From Vicingaceae bacterium (lineage in GTDB: Bacteria; Bacteroidota; Bacteroidia; Flavobacteriales_E; Vicingaceae): 50,655 nucleotides of DNA. Below, in pieces: positions 17,868 to 25,523 of the stretch. A model generated the notes under the pieces. It did no database searches and was not told where the DNA came from. It saw only the letters and a list, made by a program, of their open reading frames with translations. The stretch covers positions 1 to 50,655 of the forward strand of contig JAQXDJ010000072.1 in the NCBI GenBank assembly GCA_029251425.1, written 5' to 3'. Each line of letters begins with the position of its first letter. The first letter of the stretch is position 1. A program made the position numbers and the translations under genes.

Positions 17868-20800
17868 TACCTCACTAAAGTTATGTCTCCTGATTTAGAT
17901 TCTGATTCTCCATCAATAAATTCAGCTCTAAGTTTATACATATAAATTCCAGAAACAGCTTTTTTTCCATTATAATTTCCATCCCAACCATTGTCTTTTG
18001 ATGAAGTTGAAAAAACACGTTCTCCCCAACGATTATAAATATCAAAAATTAGAGAGACTATATTGTTCCCATAGACTAATAATACATCATTAGCTCCATC
18101 TTCATTTGGTGAGAAAGCTTCAGGAACTCCTGCAAAATTTGGTATTTCTGGAACATAATTAGCCGTAATAACATCATCAAATGAAGCAACAAAACTTACG
18201 CTAGAGTTTGTATTAGATGGGGTTAATACATGATTGTTTGAAGTCCAATTCTCAAATAAGAAATCACTAATTGGAGTTTCCGTTAAATCGACTGTAGTTC
18301 CTGTTATGTATTTTTTTATAACAGATGTTGTTGTGAAACTATCATAAACAGAATTTGTATCTATATCAATTCTCCCCATAGTTATTGGGCTTACTCTAAA
18401 TTCAATATCAAAAGAATCTATTGGGAGAAAGTGTGCCACAATTGAATCAGCATCATCTATCAACACCTGTACTGTTGGACTATTAGCATTAACAATAAAA
18501 GCAGTATTGTTTGATGACCAATTACTAAACAAATACCCTGATTGTGGTGTCGCAACTAAATCAAGCACAGTGTTCTCTATAACATTTTCTGTATGACTAT
18601 ATGCAGCAGGAGTAACTCCATCTATAGAAATATTTCCACCAACAACTGGGTCAACATTAAATACTACAGCAAAAGTATCAATCTTCTCAAAATGAGCAAT
18701 AATCGTATCTGCAACACCTACTGTAATTGTTACAACAGAATCATTCGGACTAGGAGAAAAAGCAGTGTTATTTGAAGACCAATTTAAAAAAATATGTCCT
18801 GGTTTTGGAACTGGTATTAGTGTTTGCAAACTCGTATTAGGGTAAAACTGAGAATGACTATATACTGTTGGTGTAAACCCATTTATTGAAACATCTCCTC
18901 CCAAAACAGGATCAACATCATAAGTCATTTCAATTGTATCTCCAGACAATACATAATGAGCGACTACACTATCGGTTTGAGTAATCATTAACGAATTACT
19001 CGGGTTAGTAATAGCTGAATCCATCGCATGGTTAAATACTTCCCAATGATCAAATATAAAACCAGGGTTCTCTGATGCAGTAACTAAAATAGAAACCCCT
19101 CCAAAATAATTGCCTGAATAGGAATAGTTTGTTGGTGTTATAGAATTTACCTGTATATCTCCCGCTCCAACAGGAGTAACATTAACCTGCATTGGATAAG
19201 GTCCAGTTAAATTATAACAAGGTCCTAAGCCAGAACTCACACCGGCACATCTAGCATTAATAAAATTCCTCATATCTTGAACATTCTGTTGCCACTGAGT
19301 CATTGTACCTCCCCACCTTGCTATTTGACCAGGCATTTCGGGCGTAATGATATTTACTAAACTATCTAATACAGCAATCATGTTACCACACTCAAAAGTT
19401 GTATTAGAAAGATCAATATATCTAGAAATATAATATTGTTCAAAAACAGGATTATTCATTAAAGCATTTAAAATAACGGTATGACCTTGCCCGCCTGGAT
19501 TTGGCAAATTATCGATATTACATGGATCAGCATTCGGTGATGAACTTGGAATACCTGTATAATTAGTGTAATGATTAAATGTAGCATCCATATCCCATAA
19601 TGAATACCTCCATTTCAACTTACTCCCATTTGTATCTAAACCTCTCCACCAAGAAGTATTCCAGCTCAACATATCCTGATTTAGAATGTATGAGTTCAAC
19701 ACAAAATAATCTACTAAACTTTTCCATTTATATTGACTAGTGACATAGTTAAAGTTAGCTGGTATAGCCATATTATTAGTTTGAATGTAATTTAACAAAG
19801 CATTCCAATCATTTTGAGCATTAGGCGCTCCGTACTTTTGCCAAGTACCACCCCATGTTTTTAAATATTGTATATAATTGGGACTATCTGCAAATTGTTC
19901 ATCCTGTCCATAATAATAATCAAGAAAATCACTATCATCAACTTTTTCCCTTATTTCATAAACCCCCCAATACAATCCATTCATATACAAAATACATGAC
20001 TGATAAGTCCTTTCATCAAGATGTAAATCTCCGTTTTGAGATAATGCCTGCACATAAGGATCTCTAATATGTGCCCCACCAAGTTCCCCAGCATAATTAG
20101 CTCCAGGTGTTCCTTCGAAAGGATAATTATCGCTGGCTCCAGCTTTAAGAATAATTCTTTGAAACTTATCTCTAGTTTTATTTGCAAACAGTTGGTGCTT
20201 TAGAGCATAATTATACCCATACTGATCTTTCATAATAAAATCAACCCCTCTCTGAGGGTAAGCCCACGAGTCATTTCCGTGTTTATCATAATTCCCTGCG
20301 CCTTCAGTTTGCATTACTCCATTCTCATCAAAATATTCAATTGCGCCAGGAAAAGCATCAGTAAACGCATTCGGGTGTGTATCATTTATCAATCCAGATA
20401 TATCATTCCCACAAATAGAAACTACAGGAATACTATGTGAAGAATTTATAAAGTAAGTATTCGTCTCAATAAAGCTAGCAGGGATACTAGTTATGGAGCT
20501 AAAACACCTTGCCCTCAGTACGGTGGTCGCTGCAATATTAATTGGTGTCGAATATACAGGTGATGTGTTATTTGGTTCGGTTCCATCTACCGTATATCTA
20601 ATCGTAATATTTGGATCTGGTGATGAAATTGTTACAGACTGAGTCGAAGCATAAAAGCCAGCTGCAACATTAAAACTAGGGACAGTAGCATACTCTTGTT
20701 GAGCACCTAAATTAGCACTATTTGGAGTTGCGTTGGTAAAAACACTCCATGTTGAAGCACCATTAGTAGTTCTACCTCTCGAATGTAAATGTTGGTTTGG

Positions 20801-21211
20801 AATAATTGTTAAACTATCCAAAACATTAACACCTGCATCAGATAATATTATTTTCTCGTAACGTGTTTGTGTCCACTTAAAGTTAGTATGTATTTGATTT
20901 CCGGCAGCTACAATTCCTCTACCCGAACCAAACACCATTATATAACCACCAGCCGGTATAACTACACTACTTGGAATTTGAAATTTTGTTGGGTTTCCAC
21001 TTTTATCACTTATATAATATCCGTTTAAGTCTATTGCTCCAGTTGTTGTATTATAAAGCTCTACCCAATCTTCGCGTTCACCAAAAGAATCAGAAAAACC
21101 GGCAGCAGTAGAATTAGCACAAGAATATTCATTTATAACAACTTGAGCATCTACATCTTGAATAAACAAAGCAAGTAAAACACTTAAAAAACCCTTATAA
21201 AATCTGCCCAT
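17867..21211 (-). CDS. Large surface protein: lamin-tail domain (LTD) + chitobiase-C-like Ig + CotH kinase-family domain + 4 repeat modules + T9SS type B sorting domain
   Basis: 1114 aa. LTD motif VVINEYS...DWVELYNTTTGAIDLNGYYISD. The CotH-like core spans roughly aa 260-650. C-terminal AFSPNEDGANDVL...IYNRWGERVF...GWDGNYNGKKAVSGIYMYKL matches the gliding-motility/CHU_C type B CTD. Confidence 0.85.
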   Translation of the reverse strand: MGRFYKGFLSVLLALFIQDVDAQVVINEYSCANSTAAGFSDSFGEREDWVELYNTTTGAIDLNGYYISDKSGNPTKFQIPSSVVIPAGGYIMVFGSGRGIVAAGNQIHTNFKWTQTRYEKIILSDAGVNVLDSLTIIPNQHLHSRGRTTNGASTWSVFTNATPNSANLGAQQEYATVPSFNVAAGFYASTQSVTISSPDPNITIRYTVDGTEPNNTSPVYSTPINIAATTVLRARCFSSITSIPASFIETNTYFINSSHSIPVVSICGNDISGLINDTHPNAFTDAFPGAIEYFDENGVMQTEGAGNYDKHGNDSWAYPQRGVDFIMKDQYGYNYALKHQLFANKTRDKFQRIILKAGASDNYPFEGTPGANYAGELGGAHIRDPYVQALSQNGDLHLDERTYQSCILYMNGLYWGVYEIREKVDDSDFLDYYYGQDEQFADSPNYIQYLKTWGGTWQKYGAPNAQNDWNALLNYIQTNNMAIPANFNYVTSQYKWKSLVDYFVLNSYILNQDMLSWNTSWWRGLDTNGSKLKWRYSLWDMDATFNHYTNYTGIPSSSPNADPCNIDNLPNPGGQGHTVILNALMNNPVFEQYYISRYIDLSNTTFECGNMIAVLDSLVNIITPEMPGQIARWGGTMTQWQQNVQDMRNFINARCAGVSSGLGPCYNLTGPYPMQVNVTPVGAGDIQVNSITPTNYSYSGNYFGGVSILVTASENPGFIFDHWEVFNHAMDSAITNPSNSLMITQTDSVVAHYVLSGDTIEMTYDVDPVLGGDVSINGFTPTVYSHSQFYPNTSLQTLIPVPKPGHIFLNWSSNNTAFSPSPNDSVVTITVGVADTIIAHFEKIDTFAVVFNVDPVVGGNISIDGVTPAAYSHTENVIENTVLDLVATPQSGYLFSNWSSNNTAFIVNANSPTVQVLIDDADSIVAHFLPIDSFDIEFRVSPITMGRIDIDTNSVYDSFTTTSVIKKYITGTTVDLTETPISDFLFENWTSNNHVLTPSNTNSSVSFVASFDDVITANYVPEIPNFAGVPEAFSPNEDGANDVLLVYGNNIVSLIFDIYNRWGERVFSTSSKDNGWDGNYNGKKAVSGIYMYKLRAEFIDGESESKSGDITLVR
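18152..19198 (-). repeat. Four tandem ~85-90-aa domain repeats inside the CotH protein
   Basis: Each unit ends in a similar module: GFIFDHWEV...DSVVAHYV, GHIFLNWSSNNTAFSPSPNDSVVTITVGVADTIIAHF, GYLFSNWSSNNTAFIVNANSPTVQVLIDDADSIVAHF, DFLFENWTSNNHVLTPSNTNSSVSFVASFDDVITANYV (aa ~672-1020). Confidence 0.6.
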
Positions 21212-21322
21212 AACTTTAATTTAACGTTAAATATAAGGATAAGGATGCGTAATACTAGACAGAAAAACTACTAATGTCGCCTTTCTTCATTAACGGACAA
21301 TTTGAGGCAATTATCGGTAATC

Positions 21323-21694
21323 CTACTTCTTTCTCTCTAAAACGTAATGCGTAATAATTAGTGACTCTCCTTTTACAGTATAAACATCTACTAACTGAAA
21401 ACCATTTTGTTTTAAATCATTTAATACTAATAAAACAGAATTCATCCCCTCAAAACCCTTTGCAATTAATTCATCATCATTATTCTTCCCTGTATAAACT
21501 GCTATCCTAGCCAAACTAGACTTACCTCCTTCCATTGTCCTAAACTCATCCTCTTTATTTAGCCTAAGTTCTAAAATAATATAATCTCCTTTTTTAGTTT
21601 GAGATTTTAATTTTCCTGGCAAATCGAATTTAACCTGAGCAGTTAATCCAACAGTTAAAAACATTAAAAATCCTATAAATAATACTTTTTTCAT
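21323..21694 (-). CDS. Small secreted hypothetical protein
   Basis: The track ORF runs to 21742. I prefer the internal start MKKVLFIGFLMFLTVGLTAQ (a typical signal peptide), which also removes the overlap with the upstream gene stop at 21709. Confidence 0.5.
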   Translation of the reverse strand: MKKVLFIGFLMFLTVGLTAQVKFDLPGKLKSQTKKGDYIILELRLNKEDEFRTMEGGKSSLARIAVYTGKNNDDELIAKGFEGMNSVLLVLNDLKQNGFQLVDVYTVKGESLIITHYVLERKK

Positions 21695-21708
21695 TTTTTT
21701 TAAATCTA

Positions 21709-22563
21709 TTACTCTATTGGAAAATAAATAGCAGTTTCCCATTTTTTAGGATTAGCTTCAGTTGAAGGATCTGTTAAGTAAATTTCCCATGGAGGACCTG
21801 TTACAACAACCCTATTTTTTCTCATCCATTCATTAATACCAAAATAGGTTTCAGGCAATCGATCATAAGCCCCATAATGGACTGCTGTCACTACATTTGT
21901 TTTTGCTATCTTACTTAAAGAAATTCTTTCATTACCAATCATTACTGAATCGTCAACTGAAATTCCAACCTCTATATCAACCAAGGTATCAGACCAAAAA
22001 TGATAAATAACGATAGGTGGATCAACCACTTCCTGCTCTTTTTCAATTAAAAACTGTTTAATTTCTTCATAAAACTTACCATGCACATTATTCATACTCA
22101 TTTGGCTAATCGTATCTCTTCTTGATAAAAACCAAATATCAGAATCCATCATTCTTTGCTCAACATTAACACCCTGTATTTTAGGAAGTTCTTCAAGAAC
22201 CGTTATTAGACTATCAAATTTATGTTGCAAGTTCAAATCAATTTTTGACTTCTCAAATAACGCATAAAATTTAACAACAGGATTAAAGCCAAATGAAAAT
22301 TTAACATTTGAAACAACTTCTAAACCACCCTCTACCTTACTAATTTCCCAACTTTCACCATCTTCATCAATATCATAACTTGAAATACTTTGATATTTAA
22401 AGGTTTTTAATTGTTTTTCTACAACCGATTTATCTGCGTTAATTACAGCTGTTTTACTCATTATTAATTCGGATGGAAGAAATAATGAAATTATTGCGCC
22501 TAGAATAAAGCACAATACTATAACAAGTGTAAAACGTTTTAAATAATTCAATTTACGTAACAT
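21709..22563 (-). CDS. Membrane-anchored protein with C-terminal GyrI-like (AraC effector-binding/SRPBCC-related) small-molecule-binding domain
   Basis: 284 aa. N-terminal TM helix FTLVIVLCFILGAIISLF. The C-terminal VVTAVHYGAYDRLPETYFGINEWMRKN...PWEIYLTDPS pattern is typical of GyrI-like domains. Confidence 0.55.
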   Translation of the reverse strand: MLRKLNYLKRFTLVIVLCFILGAIISLFLPSELIMSKTAVINADKSVVEKQLKTFKYQSISSYDIDEDGESWEISKVEGGLEVVSNVKFSFGFNPVVKFYALFEKSKIDLNLQHKFDSLITVLEELPKIQGVNVEQRMMDSDIWFLSRRDTISQMSMNNVHGKFYEEIKQFLIEKEQEVVDPPIVIYHFWSDTLVDIEVGISVDDSVMIGNERISLSKIAKTNVVTAVHYGAYDRLPETYFGINEWMRKNRVVVTGPPWEIYLTDPSTEANPKKWETAIYFPIE

Positions 22564-22602
22564 TAAATTTCTTCCTAAAATTAGCGTTTTTTAATCCCTA
22601 TC

Positions 22603-22610
22603 CAAAATTA
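22603..22610 (-). promoter_or_regulatory. Candidate -7 promoter box for 21709-22563
   Basis: The minus strand reads TAATTTTG, an exact TAnnTTTG match, 39 nt upstream of the ATG. No clear -33 element. Confidence 0.3.
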
Positions 22611-22696
22611 AGAGCCAAAAACTGGCCTTCGAATAAAGTTTCAATTATTGCTTTTTTTATATTTTTTGGTATCTTGGGCTTCCGTTTATAAGAAAA

Positions 22697-23719
22697 ATGG
22701 CAAAAGTTAGAGGTAACCTTTACATATTTTTAGTGCTCTTCAGCATTTCTTTTTCAGCATTTGGAAATGATAAAGAAGATGGTAAAACTTCTAACAAAGA
22801 TACTTTATCAGCCTTAGTGATTACTCCAAAAAATCCACTTTATAATAATATTTCAGATTTATCTGGGAATGAAATCATGCAACTTATTGATTCTATTTTA
22901 GAATTAGACGAAATTCCAAAAGGGTTGTTAAACGGGATTAATGATTATGCTGAAAGTAAACTTTTAGAGCATGATTATTATATTTCGCTCACCAATTATT
23001 ATGAAAATTCTGCAATTCCTTCCAACTCAACTTACGGAAAATGGGATACGAAAAGAGTTTCTCCCTATAGTGAAGATATTACAAAAAATGACACTTCATT
23101 AATTTTAACACTTACCGACACACAAAATAATTGCAATTTTGTAGCTCCCATTCAAGACCCTGTTATCACCTCTAATTTTGGATGGAGAAATGGGCGAAAT
23201 CATCATGGCATGGATTTAGACCTTCAGGTTTGGGATCCTGTTGTAGCTTCATTTGATGGTATGGTAAGAATTGCTCTCTTTCATCCTGGCTATGGAAGAG
23301 TTGTAATAATAAGACACTATAATGGTTTAGAAACTTTATACGCGCATTTACATCGATTTAAAGTTAAAACCGGAGATATTGTAGAGGCAGGTCAAGTCAT
23401 TGGACTTGGTGGCAGCTCTGGACAATCATCTGGGAGTCATTTACATTATGAAGTTAGATACAAAGGGAAACCCTTAAACCCAAAACACATTATTTCTTTT
23501 AAAGAAAATGCCCTAATTAGTGACTCTTTAAAGTTAGTTAAACACAAATGGAACTACTCAGCACTACCAATGGGGATAGAATATCATACCATACAAAAAG
23601 GTGACTTTATGTATAAAATTGCTGATACATATGGGATTACTGTTAACGAACTTTGTGAAATAAATGGTATAAGGCGAAACAAAACATTAATTGTTGGCCG
23701 AAAATTAAGAGTTAAGTAA
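22697..23719 (+). CDS. M23 family metallopeptidase with C-terminal LysM domain
   Basis: 340 aa. HHGMDL and GSHLHYEV zinc/catalytic motifs. LysM segment YHTIQKGDFMYKIADTYGITVNELCEINGI. Confidence 0.9.
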   Translation: MAKVRGNLYIFLVLFSISFSAFGNDKEDGKTSNKDTLSALVITPKNPLYNNISDLSGNEIMQLIDSILELDEIPKGLLNGINDYAESKLLEHDYYISLTNYYENSAIPSNSTYGKWDTKRVSPYSEDITKNDTSLILTLTDTQNNCNFVAPIQDPVITSNFGWRNGRNHHGMDLDLQVWDPVVASFDGMVRIALFHPGYGRVVIIRHYNGLETLYAHLHRFKVKTGDIVEAGQVIGLGGSSGQSSGSHLHYEVRYKGKPLNPKHIISFKENALISDSLKLVKHKWNYSALPMGIEYHTIQKGDFMYKIADTYGITVNELCEINGIRRNKTLIVGRKLRVK

Positions 23720-24048
23720 TGCTAAACATCCTCAACTATTCTGATCATCCAACTAGAGTTGGCTATACCGTTTATCGTTTTTTTGAAAAAGAACGAGCAG
23801 ACTATTTTGAAGAATTATTAATAAAAGAGAACGTTTCTTTTGAGTCTTCAATTGAAGAAAGTGGAAACACATTATATTTATTTGGAATTAAAAAAGGTGA
23901 TGCAAAAAAAGCAATGAACGCAAACTACTTGGTTAGTGCAAAATTCAGAAACAAAATAATTCCTAACACTTACTTTCGATGGGGAGTCATTCTTTTTGCA
24001 ATTACAATGATAACTATAGCAGTTATAGGAGCTATTCTTAAAACCTAA
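23719..24048 (+). CDS. Hypothetical tail-anchored membrane protein, translationally coupled to the M23 peptidase gene
   Basis: 109 aa. TAATG stop/start overlap with the upstream gene. Single C-terminal helix WGVILFAITMITIAVIGAIL. Confidence 0.5.
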   Translation: MLNILNYSDHPTRVGYTVYRFFEKERADYFEELLIKENVSFESSIEESGNTLYLFGIKKGDAKKAMNANYLVSAKFRNKIIPNTYFRWGVILFAITMITIAVIGAILKT

Positions 24049-25501
24049 ATCCTAAAGTGAAAGAAATATAATGATCTTTTAAATCTACTGTTGCAAATTC
24101 ACCCTGATCAGCAACTACTGAAGATTCTGCTTTAGAAAACCTTTGCAGATAAGACATATCAAAATAATAGTCTTCCTGCTTTATTCCAAATCCAACAGAG
24201 TATGTTGATGAACTATTATCTACATCAAAATTATTTTTTAACGGATCTCCTTGGTAGCGATAACCTGCTCTTAGTCTAAAAGGGTCCAACCTCCACTCTG
24301 TTCCTACTCTAATATTATGAGTTGATCTAAAATTATTTCGGATACTTCGATTTTCTACAGAAAAATCTGTAGTACCAAAAGCATTGTCTTCTGTTATTCT
24401 TGCCGTAGAATAATCTACAATTTCATAATCTCCATTTACAACACCATGGCTTCCAACAATAACAGCCGCGCTAGTTATAAAACGATAAGGTGTAGTAACC
24501 ATATACTCAAAATTACCTGACGGAGAAATTTCAGTAAGCACTTCTCCCGTTTTATCTTCAGAACTAACCGTTGTTGACCATTGATCCGATAATGAATATA
24601 CTGTTGGAGTATGAAAAGCAGTTCCTAACCTAAACCAGTCAGCAACTTTATAAATCATACCTAGTTTTAAATTCAACCCTGCTCCTGTGGTTTTCACGTA
24701 ATCATTAACCGAAAATGATTTAAACTCAGTAAGTGTATCAGAAGGGTCTGATGTTTCCGTGTAACTCCTATCAAAAACATATCTTACAGATGGCACGCCA
24801 ATCGAAGCCCCCAAATACAGCTTATCTGAATAATTAGAACCTAAAGCAAAATACATCTCTCCAGAGCCACCTCTAGTGTCATAACTTGTAGTTTGAGTAA
24901 TATTATTTGAGTTCTCAAAAACATGATTATACTGTAAAGATCCCGAATCTATAGGGTTTACTATATAAGTTTGATAAGCCAAATTTGATGAGAAAGGAAA
25001 TTCATAAGGGATGTCTTCTTCATATATACCACCGCTAGCATTCAATTCCAAGGTAAATGTATTTAACATAGAGTTATTCGTATTACTCTTTATAGAAATA
25101 CTAGTATTATAATTACTCAACCTATTATATCCTACAGCAAGATTTACCGCTTTCCAATCACCACTCCCTTTAAAATTTCCTGCAATACCAACATTTGAAA
25201 AATGAAAATTTAGCTTACCATCACTAACACTATTTCCATTTTTATTACTTTCTGAATAATTATAATGAAACGCTGGTGTAAACGAAAAATCTGAACTTTT
25301 GTAAACCCCTAGTCCTCCAGGATTAGTACTTATTGCAGATAAGTTTGCACCAAGCGCCCCAAAGGAACCTCCCATTGCGTTAAACCTTGCATCACCATAA
25401 TGATCAAGCTGAGAATACCTCAACACATCAAACTCATCTTGAGCAAACCCTTCGTTTGCAACAAAAACAATTCCCAAAACAAATAATAGTAAATACTTCA
25501 T
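24038..25501 (-). CDS. Outer-membrane beta-barrel protein, FadL/Toluene_X/PorV-like (family assignment tentative)
   Basis: 487 aa. Signal peptide MKYLLLFVLGIVFVANEGFAQ, N-terminal RYSQLDHYGDARFNAMGGSFGALGAN segment, amphipathic beta-strand pattern throughout, and a C-terminal ISFTLGFRF aromatic beta-signal. Confidence 0.6.
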   Translation of the reverse strand: MKYLLLFVLGIVFVANEGFAQDEFDVLRYSQLDHYGDARFNAMGGSFGALGANLSAISTNPGGLGVYKSSDFSFTPAFHYNYSESNKNGNSVSDGKLNFHFSNVGIAGNFKGSGDWKAVNLAVGYNRLSNYNTSISIKSNTNNSMLNTFTLELNASGGIYEEDIPYEFPFSSNLAYQTYIVNPIDSGSLQYNHVFENSNNITQTTSYDTRGGSGEMYFALGSNYSDKLYLGASIGVPSVRYVFDRSYTETSDPSDTLTEFKSFSVNDYVKTTGAGLNLKLGMIYKVADWFRLGTAFHTPTVYSLSDQWSTTVSSEDKTGEVLTEISPSGNFEYMVTTPYRFITSAAVIVGSHGVVNGDYEIVDYSTARITEDNAFGTTDFSVENRSIRNNFRSTHNIRVGTEWRLDPFRLRAGYRYQGDPLKNNFDVDNSSSTYSVGFGIKQEDYYFDMSYLQRFSKAESSVVADQGEFATVDLKDHYISFTLGFRF

Positions 25502-25523
25502 CTTTTCTTTTGCTTTTAATTAT

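Noticed and set aside
21695-21742. The longer start (MGNCYLFSNRVIDLKK...) for the 21323 ORF would overlap the upstream gene by 34 nt.
   Set aside because: The internal Met gives a canonical signal peptide (MKKVLFIGFLMFLTVGLTAQ) and removes the overlap. The extension has no features of a real N-terminus.
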